From: Chlamydiales bacterium
GTDB lineage: Bacteria; Chlamydiota; Chlamydiia; Chlamydiales; JBFIDQ01
Direction: 5' to 3'
Assembly (NCBI GenBank): GCA_041603795.1
Contig: JBFIDQ010000003.1
Location: forward strand, 1 to 38,453
Length of the DNA: 38,453 nucleotides
This document shows, piece by piece, positions 28,516 through 38,326 of the stretch. Position 1 is the stretch's first letter, and the number at the start of each line of letters is the position of its first letter. Made by a program: the position numbers and the translations under genes. The notes under the pieces are model-generated. The model saw only the letters and a list, made by a program, of their open reading frames with translations. It made no database searches and had not been told where the DNA came from.

Positions 28516-29061
28516 CTACTCAATATTTTGTTCAAAGTGATCTTCACCTGGAGTGTTATCCACGATCTCTATGGCTTCCTGCCAGGTTTCCTCGTGAATT
28601 TTTTCAAGCTTTCCACTTTTCTTTGAATCATGGTAATAGACAAGTGAATCGCGAATAGAGAAGACATCCGTTATATTTTTTTCAGAATTGCTACCAGAAC
28701 TAGCGAATTCAAGCCTTAAATTCGAGTGAGACTCATTAAAAATATTTTCTTTCGTAAAAAGACGCAATGCTATGTTTTGATTAAGCTGATTGACAAATTC
28801 AAGGCCGAGACTAACCGATAAAACCCTAGCCTCCATCAGGTCAACTTCAACAGGAATGGCAATCGCTAAGCTTATATAGTGAATTTGCTCATCAAAATAC
28901 GACCCTCCAATTCCATAGGCTCCAGCACCCGGATACCTATGCTCGATTTTCTGCGCAAATAAACCTGCTTCTGTATAAGCCCCGTCAACATGATCTTTCA
29001 TTTCAGACCCTTCAAAGCAGCTGGAAAAAATTAAAATAAAAAAAATAAATAAAAATCTCAT
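28516..29061 (-). CDS. Putative cognate Rhs immunity protein (lipoprotein-like)
   Basis: ATGA overlap with the Rhs stop, leader MRFLFIFFILIFSSC, visibly AT-rich. Confidence 0.75.
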   Translation of the reverse strand: MRFLFIFFILIFSSCFEGSEMKDHVDGAYTEAGLFAQKIEHRYPGAGAYGIGGSYFDEQIHYISLAIAIPVEVDLMEARVLSVSLGLEFVNQLNQNIALRLFTKENIFNESHSNLRLEFASSGSNSEKNITDVFSIRDSLVYYHDSKKSGKLEKIHEETWQEAIEIVDNTPGEDHFEQNIE

Positions 29062-32000
29062 AATTGGCCGTAATGTTCAAAAAATTCTGCGTGATCACGC
29101 TTTCGCGCATGCCTATATGTCTTATTAAAGAAGCCGTGCGCACTACCCCAGGCTTCGTTAGGATCCCCCAAGTACGTTATGTAGGGGCGTCGCACGCCAT
29201 CTCGCACGTCTTTATTGAGCAACCGTGGGACAAGATCTCCTCTTGCCACGTAGTTCATGACGGAGGCGTAGCGCTTTGTATCGGTAACCAGTAGTCCACC
29301 ATAAGTTCGGACATGAATACGTTTGGCAGTGAAGTCCGATAGGGCAGCTAGCGCAAGTCCCCCTTGAATGGTGCCGTCACTGTGGAGGGTGACATAAGTC
29401 ACCTTATTAGGGTTTTCTCGCACCATCTTCTCAATTTCAAACTGTAGCCTTCGACTTTGAGGTGTTCTAGTCTTCAGAAACAGAGCGCGGGGGGTGTGCT
29501 TTAACTTGGAAAAGTGCGAGTAGCACGGGTTGTAGACAGCACCGCTATTACAGCCTCCAAGTCCCCTAGACGCGTCATCAAGCATTTTCAATGCATCAGA
29601 TGCCCTACAGTTCCAACCATTCATGGATATTGCCTGAATTCTAGAGTTGGGATTGCTTCCGATGTCGAAACGAAAAAAGGATGTCTTGCGGTGATTGGTC
29701 CATGTTGTCGGACGAGAGTGATACTGAGTTCCTGGTCGGAAAGATGCCGTTGAACCTAACCAAGAGGAGCTCGCGCTACTTGCAAAGGTAGAAGATTGGA
29801 AGAGTCCAGTGGGATCGACGGAGTCAAGTGTCTGATTTTTTACGTAGGCGTAGAGGTTGGGGCCGTCAGCAAAATCAAGTGGATCTGGGGTGAGGAAGCG
29901 ACCCGTGGAAGGTTGATAATAACGCTTGCCAAAGTAGTGGAGGCTAGACTCCCCATCAAAACGTTTTCCCTGATAGCGCCATGGAGAAAGCGTGTTGGCC
30001 TCCTCCTGTTCGCCGAAAGCAGAATAGCGGTAATTTGCTGCTATCTCGCCATCTCGTGAGACAAGGCTAAGGATGCTACCTCGATGGTCGTAGAGGGGAA
30101 TATAGGTTTGACCGTGGAGCTCGAAGGCTACCGAATGGTGAGGCCCGGGTAGACGCAGCTCTATGATGGCATCGTCTTGGTAGCTTCCAATTTCTTCGTC
30201 GCGGTAGTAGAAGTATTGCTCTGCCTCTTCTGCCTGCTGCTTGCTAAGGCGTCGACCAAAGGAATCATAGGTGTAGGTTGTTTCGATATCTCCTTGCGTT
30301 ACACTTACAAGTCGGTTGAGAGCGTCATAGGTATAGATGTTTTGGGAGTCTGAGAGCAGATTGCCATTTGCATCATACCGGTAGTTATTGTGGCCGTCGC
30401 TTTCCAGCTGATTGAGGTCATTTACTTCGTGTGCGGCGCCATCCTTGCTCTGGCGACTGTGGAGGGAATCGTTTTCATAAGTGTGGTCCGATAGGCCACT
30501 TTCCGTTTGGAGCTGATTGCGCCCATCATAGGAGAAGTTATGTGTTTGACCATCGATGGAAATCTGTGTGATCCGGCCGCCATTATCGAGGGCGTCGATG
30601 GTGTAGTCGAGTTGTGGGGTTTTGATTGAAGAGGGGCGTCCCGCAAGATCATATTGGGTGGCACGCTGGCCTGCGTTACCCATGAGCGTTTGTTGCGTGG
30701 GGCGCCCTTGCCAGTCATATTGATCGAAGGAGTGGGTTTGCCCCTTGCGCATGATCTCGGTGACAAATGGGCCGTCATACCTGTAGTCGATAAGAGAATC
30801 GTCAGGAAGAATAATGCGAGAAAGGCGGCCCATGGCATCGCGTTGGTAGTCGCTTGCCAATCCATTGGCCATTTGCTCGTGAACCAGACTGTCCCACTCG
30901 TCGTATTTTCTGATGGTACTTGACCCGTCGATCTGATTCGTGATCTCGAGAAGGTTATCCTTTAAATCGTACGTATAGATGTAATGAATGGTGCCATCGG
31001 AGCTTCGGTAGGTGGCAAGGCGACCCAATGGATCATAGCTTTTGTATAAGACCTGGCCATCTGGCTTGGTCGTTGCAATGACCCTACCCGCAAGATCATA
31101 TTGGTAGCGAGTCACCTTGCTTCCCTCGACAAGAGAGAGGACCCGCCCCATTTGATCACGTTCCCATTCAACTTCATAGACTCCACGACTCTCACCACGA
31201 AAAAGCCTGTGGTTGATCTGCTTTACGATTTTGCCACTGGCGTCGTAGAGCGTTTCGACTTTCTCTGTGCGTTCGCCAAAGGAGTTAAATCGCTGTTTGA
31301 GCGCCACTTTTCCGTTGGAATTATGGACTTCAACCAGCTGATTCCCGAGGGAATCTGTGGAAGAGCTTTTTAGGACTCGCTGTCCATGCTTGTTCAGATG
31401 ATCATAGTCGTAACAGTAGTGTGTTTCTCTCCCCTCCGGATCGATGAGCAGAACGAGTTTTCCTCTTGAGTCATAGAGCGACTGGGTTACTGATGCCTCG
31501 TGATCACTGCTCCAGACACGTTTCTCGATCACTCGATTGCAGTCGTCGTAAATTGACTCCTCTTTAGAGAAAATATCACTAGCGTCACTCACAGAACATA
31601 TTTCGATTACTCGACCCGCCACATCAAACGTTTTGAGCGTTCCGAGTCCGCCTTCCATGACGGAACACTCGCGTCCCATCGTGTCGTAGCCGAAATGCGT
31701 TTCCCTTCCTGCCTTTCGCTCCAAAATCTTTCGTCCGGCACCATCGTACTCGAATTCCGTCACAACCCCATTGGCATCGATCGTCTTGCGAAGATGGAGG
31801 CTATCGTATTCGTGGTAGGTGCCCTTTAGAAAGGTATCGTCGAGCTTGAAGACTTCCATCGCTGTAGGGCGCTGTAGAAGATCATAACTGTAGATCGTCT
31901 TGGTCTTATCACGATGAACTTTTGTGTGGACGGTCCCATTGAGATTGTAGCGGATGCGTTCCTTGGAACCATCAGGGAATATTTTTCGAGTTTGTTGTCC

Positions 32001-34220
32001 CCTACTATTGTAGGTGAGATGAGACGTGCCCCCAGAGGGGTCGGTAATGGTAACCGGCTGATCAAGCAAGTTAAGGGTCCGCTGCTCACTTGTCCGCCCC
32101 ATTCCCCCCTGCGGCGGGTAGCTTACCCCCGTTTGCCGACCTGCCGTATCATAGATATAGCGTGTGGTGTGCCCAAAGGGATCCGTTGATTTAAGCAGAT
32201 TGCCTAGCGGGTTGTAGTTCTTGGTTGCGGTTCGTATCTGCCCATCATCGTACATCTCCTCCGTTCGGATTAGGCGCCCCCCTACGTCGTAGGTGAGCTT
32301 TGTCTGAAATCCGGACCCAACACGTTCTTTTTGCGTGAGTCGATTGTTATCGTCGTATTGGTAGCGAGACACCCTACCTAGGGCGTCGCATTCCACAATT
32401 AGGCGTCGCCGTTCATCATATTCATAGTGAATTGTGTACTGCAGTTCGTCACAGGAATCGTAGAGAGAGCGTGTGGCGACGAGATCACCGTAGGTGTAAC
32501 TGAGCGTCTCCCTTTGCAGCAGCTTCTCCTCTCCCGTTTCAAGATCCAGGTAGAGCGTGCTGATTTGAACGGGAAAGCACTGCTTGTTGTATTCGAACCG
32601 CCTGATGTGTCTCTCCGTCACCCCCGCGAGACTAGTGGGGTCCTTGGAGCTGCCATCATCTTTGTAGTGGGCATATACCGTTGCATTGGAATTGTAATGA
32701 AATAGCTCCCGCAAGACGATTTTGGGTCCGTCGCAGGTGTACTTACCAACCATTAAATTGGTGCCAGGCTTGTATTCGTAGACGATTCTCGGACCAAAAT
32801 CCTCTTGCTGCGACAGCAACAGATTGAATCCATCCTCCGAGTACGTATTTGTCGTCGCAAAGGACTCCTGATGGTCACAAGTCCCCGACAGACTCCCCAC
32901 CAATATTTTCTTTAGAACATTGCCCCGCTTGTCGTAGACAAACGTCTGACTATTGAGCAAAGAGGCTCTGGCATTCTCCAGGCTGCTCATCGTGAGCTGA
33001 CCCTGCTCATCCCAAAGGTAGCGCCGAACCGAAAGGAGCCCCTCGTTTACCCCCTTTCCCAGATAACGTTCGATCGAAGAAATGCGGCTATCTTTGGTCA
33101 GACGGTAACGCGTTTTTGTTCCGCTCGGATCAAAGTGGTCCGTGAACTCAGGGAAATACTCAAAGCGGTGAGTCACCACACTCGCATTTCCCACTCCCAG
33201 AGGCTGAGAGATCTCTTTTACTCTCGAGCTATTTTCGTAGTAGGAAAGCTCAAGGTGCGAGCCATCCTTATAGAGCTTGGTAGGAAGCGGAAGCTTAGTC
33301 TTATGACCAGCGTGGTCCACAACTTTTAAGCGTGTCCACTCCGTAGATGTTTTGTCCCCCCGATCATTTTCACTGCTGTCCGTGAAGTAGCTGTAGAAGG
33401 GAGCATATCTAGTGCCGCCTACACGCCCTTTCTTAATTTCTTTTTTGGAACGATGGTAGTGTGCCCATTGTCCATTGCTTCCTTCAATGGTAACGCAATC
33501 CCCGCCCCAATCTACCTTAAGTTCTGCAAGAGTGGACTGCTCATCGCTATCCATGCTGCGGACATGGATCGTTTTATCGGAGTCATTGTAGTCATAGAAA
33601 ACTAGATTCCCATTGGGAAGGATCTCCTTCTCCAATTGAAACGCCTCCCGAATGCCTCCCAATTTAGAATAGGGCCGATAGATGCGCTTTAGACCATTCC
33701 CCTCCGTAACAACAGCCTCACCATCCATGAAGAACTTGTTAAACTTTGAGAATTCCAAACGGCTATTTTTGACATGACCACCACCACGTCCAAAATTTGT
33801 GTACCCAGACTGATAGACCTTCGGATCCACTCGCCCTTGATAGAGTTTGGATTTATCTTTTCCCGCGAAAAAGTGGCGACTCGCCCCTCGGCGGCTTTCC
33901 ACCTCAAAGACGATTTGGCCCTTTTTATTCCTTCCCCTTTTGTGCATGAAGTAGGGGATGGAACAGCCCTCGCCGTATCCGAGTTCCGTTGTAACCCCCT
34001 CAGTGGCCTCGTAGATACGGTTCCAGCTAAGCGGTGCGGGTCCGCCAATCTCCACATCTTGATTCGACTGAAAAAATGAGCCCGAAACAACGTTTACACA
34101 TCCCTCTACAGTAAGGGACGGCTCCGCCTCAGCAGCGAGTCGAGGTATCTCCGTGGTCACCGGATCCTCTGCCAAAAGAGAGGCTAAAGGAAGAAAAAGG
34201 AGAAGAAATAATAGCTGCAT
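29058..34220 (-). CDS. Rhs/YD-repeat polymorphic toxin with Sec signal peptide and alpha/beta-hydrolase-like C-terminal domain
   Basis: Many YD repeats; core end RYYQPSTGRFLTPDP...NLYAYV...DPTGL; tip with LHSDG, GDLVP and SAHGF. Confidence 0.92.
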   Translation of the reverse strand: MQLLFLLLFLPLASLLAEDPVTTEIPRLAAEAEPSLTVEGCVNVVSGSFFQSNQDVEIGGPAPLSWNRIYEATEGVTTELGYGEGCSIPYFMHKRGRNKKGQIVFEVESRRGASRHFFAGKDKSKLYQGRVDPKVYQSGYTNFGRGGGHVKNSRLEFSKFNKFFMDGEAVVTEGNGLKRIYRPYSKLGGIREAFQLEKEILPNGNLVFYDYNDSDKTIHVRSMDSDEQSTLAELKVDWGGDCVTIEGSNGQWAHYHRSKKEIKKGRVGGTRYAPFYSYFTDSSENDRGDKTSTEWTRLKVVDHAGHKTKLPLPTKLYKDGSHLELSYYENSSRVKEISQPLGVGNASVVTHRFEYFPEFTDHFDPSGTKTRYRLTKDSRISSIERYLGKGVNEGLLSVRRYLWDEQGQLTMSSLENARASLLNSQTFVYDKRGNVLKKILVGSLSGTCDHQESFATTNTYSEDGFNLLLSQQEDFGPRIVYEYKPGTNLMVGKYTCDGPKIVLRELFHYNSNATVYAHYKDDGSSKDPTSLAGVTERHIRRFEYNKQCFPVQISTLYLDLETGEEKLLQRETLSYTYGDLVATRSLYDSCDELQYTIHYEYDERRRLIVECDALGRVSRYQYDDNNRLTQKERVGSGFQTKLTYDVGGRLIRTEEMYDDGQIRTATKNYNPLGNLLKSTDPFGHTTRYIYDTAGRQTGVSYPPQGGMGRTSEQRTLNLLDQPVTITDPSGGTSHLTYNSRGQQTRKIFPDGSKERIRYNLNGTVHTKVHRDKTKTIYSYDLLQRPTAMEVFKLDDTFLKGTYHEYDSLHLRKTIDANGVVTEFEYDGAGRKILERKAGRETHFGYDTMGRECSVMEGGLGTLKTFDVAGRVIEICSVSDASDIFSKEESIYDDCNRVIEKRVWSSDHEASVTQSLYDSRGKLVLLIDPEGRETHYCYDYDHLNKHGQRVLKSSSTDSLGNQLVEVHNSNGKVALKQRFNSFGERTEKVETLYDASGKIVKQINHRLFRGESRGVYEVEWERDQMGRVLSLVEGSKVTRYQYDLAGRVIATTKPDGQVLYKSYDPLGRLATYRSSDGTIHYIYTYDLKDNLLEITNQIDGSSTIRKYDEWDSLVHEQMANGLASDYQRDAMGRLSRIILPDDSLIDYRYDGPFVTEIMRKGQTHSFDQYDWQGRPTQQTLMGNAGQRATQYDLAGRPSSIKTPQLDYTIDALDNGGRITQISIDGQTHNFSYDGRNQLQTESGLSDHTYENDSLHSRQSKDGAAHEVNDLNQLESDGHNNYRYDANGNLLSDSQNIYTYDALNRLVSVTQGDIETTYTYDSFGRRLSKQQAEEAEQYFYYRDEEIGSYQDDAIIELRLPGPHHSVAFELHGQTYIPLYDHRGSILSLVSRDGEIAANYRYSAFGEQEEANTLSPWRYQGKRFDGESSLHYFGKRYYQPSTGRFLTPDPLDFADGPNLYAYVKNQTLDSVDPTGLFQSSTFASSASSSWLGSTASFRPGTQYHSRPTTWTNHRKTSFFRFDIGSNPNSRIQAISMNGWNCRASDALKMLDDASRGLGGCNSGAVYNPCYSHFSKLKHTPRALFLKTRTPQSRRLQFEIEKMVRENPNKVTYVTLHSDGTIQGGLALAALSDFTAKRIHVRTYGGLLVTDTKRYASVMNYVARGDLVPRLLNKDVRDGVRRPYITYLGDPNEAWGSAHGFFNKTYRHARKRDHAEFFEHYGQL

Positions 34221-34439
34221 TTCGGTCGGCTAATGGATTAAAAGCACGCAGTCTACGGCAGAGGACAAAAAAGAGCCAGTGCAACTGCAACTTCGCAGGG
34301 CAATCGAGATTCAATAACGATAAACTGTTTCGAAGCATCTTACATTAAGCGAGATGCTACGTACTAGGGTAATTGCGTAATCTTTTGCGAAAGTTGAGCA
34401 CTGCTCCTTCCGATAACCAGGGGGAAGGAGTGTCCACGC

Positions 34440-35609
34440 ATGAAATATGGCGAGCGAATATCCCTATATATCTTTATTGACGCCCTTGGTTGGGAGGTGT
34501 TGAATCAACACCCTACCTTCTTAGATGGACGCCTTGTGGATCGACGACCCCTGGACACAATTTTGGGATACTCAAGTGCCTGTGATCCATCAATTATTTC
34601 AGGATGTCTCCCTCAAGAACATGGACTCTGGTCGTCGTTTTTTTATGCACCAGAAGGGAGTCCATTTTCTGCTCTACGCACCCTCCATTACCTCCCCTCG
34701 TTCTTAACAAACAATCATAGAATTCGGAATCGCATCAGCAAATGGACGGCATCCTGGCACGAATACACAGGGTATTTTCAACTCTATAATGTCCCTTTCC
34801 AGAACCTCCCTCTTTTCGACTACGCAGAGAAGAACAGCATTTGGAAGCCAGGCGGCATGGCCCCTACACGCACAATTTTCGATGAGATGGCGGAAGCGAA
34901 TATGCCCTATTTCGTCAACGACGCGGGCATTGGCGACGAGGCACAGTTTTCTGAGGCTGCAAAACAAATCGAGGGCGGTCAGACAAAATTTCTCTATTTG
35001 CTGTGCGGGAAACTGGATGCACTCATGCATGCAGTAGGGAAACAGCACAAGAAAGTGGATGCTCTCATGAGCTGGTACGATCGACAAATTCGATCCCTAC
35101 TGGAAGTTGCGGAGACCTATTATGAGGATGTCGATCTCTTTATCTTTTCTGATCACGGCATGCACGATGTAACAGCTACCGTCGACTTGCAGAATGATAT
35201 TGGTCGCCTTGGCTACCGGTACGGAAGAGACTACGTTGCCTTCTATGACTCCACAATGGTCCGCTTCTGGTTCCTCTCCAATGAGGCTCGTGGCACCATC
35301 AGCGAGGCTCTTAACGGATTTCAGTGCGGTAGAGTACTAAACAAACAGGAGTTGATGGAGCAAGGCGTTTGGTTTGACGACGGAAAATACGGAGAACTCA
35401 TTTTTCTGCTGGACCCAGGCGTTCTTGTGATCCCAAGTTTTATGGGTAGACGCGCCATTGCCGGCATGCACGGATACGATCCAATGGACAGTCACTCACT
35501 TGCGTCTATCTGCGCAAATCAGGTGATTTCTGAGGACGTGACCAAAATTCACCATATCCACGGACTGATGCAACGCTCAGCCTTTGGGAGCAGGGAGGTT
35601 CTGGTATGA
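34440..35609 (+). CDS. Alkaline-phosphatase-superfamily (nucleotide pyrophosphatase/phosphodiesterase-like) protein
   Basis: FIDALG, LDALMH, FSDHGM and GMHGY motifs. Confidence 0.8.
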   Translation: MKYGERISLYIFIDALGWEVLNQHPTFLDGRLVDRRPLDTILGYSSACDPSIISGCLPQEHGLWSSFFYAPEGSPFSALRTLHYLPSFLTNNHRIRNRISKWTASWHEYTGYFQLYNVPFQNLPLFDYAEKNSIWKPGGMAPTRTIFDEMAEANMPYFVNDAGIGDEAQFSEAAKQIEGGQTKFLYLLCGKLDALMHAVGKQHKKVDALMSWYDRQIRSLLEVAETYYEDVDLFIFSDHGMHDVTATVDLQNDIGRLGYRYGRDYVAFYDSTMVRFWFLSNEARGTISEALNGFQCGRVLNKQELMEQGVWFDDGKYGELIFLLDPGVLVIPSFMGRRAIAGMHGYDPMDSHSLASICANQVISEDVTKIHHIHGLMQRSAFGSREVLV

Positions 35610-36580
35610 AGACTCAGGTGCAAGGAGTCGACTACTCGGCTCTGTCGGAAAGGATGGGTGAAGAGGTACTGAGTCGACGCCTGATGGCACAGACAAATCT
35701 CAATGCAAAAATGTTAAGCGCACGGACCAGTTGGTTCAATACCGACAGTCTATATGGACTCAACAACGCGCTAGAGGCGTGCCTCTGGCTTACTGGAATG
35801 AAAAAAACTGGTAACGAGAACTTCCGCAAAATTCAAGTTTGCTATGAAGAGACTTATTTCGATCACCTGCCCAAGGCATTCGATGGATTCACCATTTTAC
35901 AACTTACAGATCTACATATTGATGGTGATCCGGGCCTAACGGATGCGATCGTGGAAACGCTGAGCTCCATTAGCCACTACGATATTTGTGCGCTAACAGG
36001 TGACTACCGGTATCGTGTCACGGGAGCAATTGAACCGTGCATGAACGAAATGCAGAAGATTCTCCAGGCGGTCCATTCGCCCACCTACGCCGTCCTGGGC
36101 AACCACGACGATGTGGAGATGGTGCCACAGCTGGAGGAGCTCGGCGCACGGGTGCTTCTCAATGAGTCGCTGACCCTAAAACGGAATGACGAGCGGATGT
36201 ATTTGCTTGGCGTAGATGACCCTCACTACTACGGTACACATGACATTGCTGCTGCGGCAAAGGCGATCGCTCCGGAGGAATTCAAGGTACTCCTGGTGCA
36301 CTCACCGGAAGCCTACCGGGAGGCAGCACACTCTCAAATTGACTACCTTCTATGTGGCCACACCCATGCGGGTCAGGTCTGTCTACCTGGTGAGGTGCCG
36401 ATATTGCTCAATACGCGATGTCCTAGACGCTTTGGCTGCGGGGCATGGGCTTACGGCAAAATGAAGGGCTATACCTCCAGAGGGACGGGCGGATCGGGTG
36501 TCGCGGTTCGGTTCTTTTGCCCACCGGAAATCACCATTCACAAACTACGAAGAAGAGGCACTAACAACTATGAAACGTAG
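35606..36580 (+). CDS. Calcineurin-like metallophosphoesterase (YkuE/YaeI-like)
   Basis: DLH, GD, GNHD, HSPE and GHTHAGQ motifs. Confidence 0.9.
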   Translation: MKTQVQGVDYSALSERMGEEVLSRRLMAQTNLNAKMLSARTSWFNTDSLYGLNNALEACLWLTGMKKTGNENFRKIQVCYEETYFDHLPKAFDGFTILQLTDLHIDGDPGLTDAIVETLSSISHYDICALTGDYRYRVTGAIEPCMNEMQKILQAVHSPTYAVLGNHDDVEMVPQLEELGARVLLNESLTLKRNDERMYLLGVDDPHYYGTHDIAAAAKAIAPEEFKVLLVHSPEAYREAAHSQIDYLLCGHTHAGQVCLPGEVPILLNTRCPRRFGCGAWAYGKMKGYTSRGTGGSGVAVRFFCPPEITIHKLRRRGTNNYET

Positions 36581-37898
36581 CCTAATTCTTGGAATTCCAG
36601 TGGACAACAGAAACATGGAGGAAACGGTCGATGCCGTGATGAGTGCCATAACGCGCCATACTCCAGAGACTCCAGCAAAATACGTTGCTACGGTGAACGT
36701 AGACTTCCTACGCAACAGTTTTGGATGGAATCCAGGTACGATACGACACCCCGAATTGCTCAGAGTCCTGCGACATGCTGATTTTGTGACGCCTGATGGA
36801 ATGCCCATCGTATGGCTAGGCCGCCTGCTTGGCCTTCCTCTCAAGGAACGAGTGGCTGGCGCCGATCTCGTGGACCAATTGGCAAAGGCGGCAGCAGAGA
36901 AGGGGTCGTCCATATATTTTCTTGGGGGACGCGATCACTTGGGAGATCAAGCCGCAGCTACCCTGAAAAATCGCTATCCCAAGCTAAAAATTGCGGGGGT
37001 GGCAAATCCTCGCATTGCCATGTGTGGGGAAAAACTTACCGGCGCGTACGAAAGCGACAAGGCGATCGTGGAGGCCATTAACCAATCGGGAGCCGGACTT
37101 CTTTTCATCAGCCTAGGCAATCCGAAGCAGGAAATTTGGTTCAACCGAGTGCAATCGATGCTGAATGTACCCGTCTCCATTGGAATCGGAGGATCCTATG
37201 AGTTCATCGTAGGTAGCGTTCAGAGAGCGCCAAAATGGGTGCAGCGCTGTGGAGGCGAGTGGATCTTTCGCCTTGCTCAGGAGCCTGGAAGGCTCTGGCA
37301 AAGGTACGTAGGCGATCTCTTTCAGTTTCTCTATATGGCCTTCCCCGTACTCGCATTACGACTCATTCAAGCGATTGGAAGGGAGAAGGAAGCGCCTCAA
37401 CAGGAAGAGCAGGACGGAACAATTTCACTAAAGGGTGTTTCAATAGCCGCGCAGGAGAGATTGTCTAGATGTGTCGACCGCTGGAAAGAGTTCCATTCCA
37501 CAGGAAAGGCGTGCCATTTCGTCGATGTTTCCAACAAATCACTTCGAATCGCTCGACTTCACCGTTTTTCTGATGTGATCCACGGGGAACAACGAACTGA
37601 CGCAAACAAAACCGGTGCGCCGTTCTTGTGGAACGATGAGGGTCATCTCCTGACCCTATCCATTCATGAAGAACTCAATGGCCAGCTCGCATGTACCTTG
37701 GATACCGAGCTTAAATCGGTACAGTGGCAAGGCAAAACGGTCACCCTCGACCTAGAGAACTGTCCGGGAACGACTACTCACGGAATCGGCTGGGTACTGA
37801 ACTTCAAAAAGCACCTCGCAGACAATAGTGGCCACTTGAAGATGGCCAATCTATCAAAGCTAATCGAGAGAGAATTTGAAGTCGCCACCGTCGACTAA
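36570..37898 (+). CDS. WecG/TagA/CpsF glycosyltransferase fused to a STAS-like domain
   Basis: TVNVD, PDGMPIVW, ERVAGADL, LGNPKQE, RAPKWVQ..GGEW..RL.QEPGRLWQRY; C-terminal VTLDL...GIGWVL...GHLKMANL. Confidence 0.85.
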   Translation: MKRSLILGIPVDNRNMEETVDAVMSAITRHTPETPAKYVATVNVDFLRNSFGWNPGTIRHPELLRVLRHADFVTPDGMPIVWLGRLLGLPLKERVAGADLVDQLAKAAAEKGSSIYFLGGRDHLGDQAAATLKNRYPKLKIAGVANPRIAMCGEKLTGAYESDKAIVEAINQSGAGLLFISLGNPKQEIWFNRVQSMLNVPVSIGIGGSYEFIVGSVQRAPKWVQRCGGEWIFRLAQEPGRLWQRYVGDLFQFLYMAFPVLALRLIQAIGREKEAPQQEEQDGTISLKGVSIAAQERLSRCVDRWKEFHSTGKACHFVDVSNKSLRIARLHRFSDVIHGEQRTDANKTGAPFLWNDEGHLLTLSIHEELNGQLACTLDTELKSVQWQGKTVTLDLENCPGTTTHGIGWVLNFKKHLADNSGHLKMANLSKLIEREFEVATVD

Positions 37899-37924
37899 AT
37901 CTTTACCGAAGCAATTTGGCCGTC

Positions 37925-38188
37925 TCAGTCGCTTATCCTCAGCTCAGGACGTAGCTCAAACAGTTCATGAGACATATTAAGCGGATAATACACTTCTCCG
38001 AGAGCCTTCGAGAAAAGTGGGTGGTCTAGTCGTATCACTTTTTCTCCGGCATATTGATTGCGCAGTAAGTGAGGAATGGCAATTCCAGTAATTTGCCACT
38101 CTCTTTCTAAATTTTTATCATAGATCTTCGCCTTATTGTTGTTCACTTCGGCTACTATCTGACCCGTACTTCGGTGTACGATTTTCAT
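37925..38188 (-). CDS. Small hypothetical protein
   Basis: 87-aa ORF with RBS GGAGGGG upstream of ATG and an AT-rich promoter region; no recognisable motif. Confidence 0.6.
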   Translation of the reverse strand: MKIVHRSTGQIVAEVNNNKAKIYDKNLEREWQITGIAIPHLLRNQYAGEKVIRLDHPLFSKALGEVYYPLNMSHELFELRPELRISD

Positions 38189-38326
38189 CTGCCCCTCCCA
38201 ATCCTATTTAGATAAACAAACACCTTTTAAACCATGAAATAAAATTCTTTTATTCTCATTCTAATTTTCTGCACAGTTCCCGCAAACCCTTATTCACCGA
38301 CGCTACTGTGGCCTCCGGCTTACTTG

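Noticed and set aside
34334-34358. AGCATCT/AGATGCT palindrome in the divergent Rhs/phosphodiesterase intergenic region
   Set aside because: A single 7-bp inverted repeat can arise by chance, and no second copy was found.
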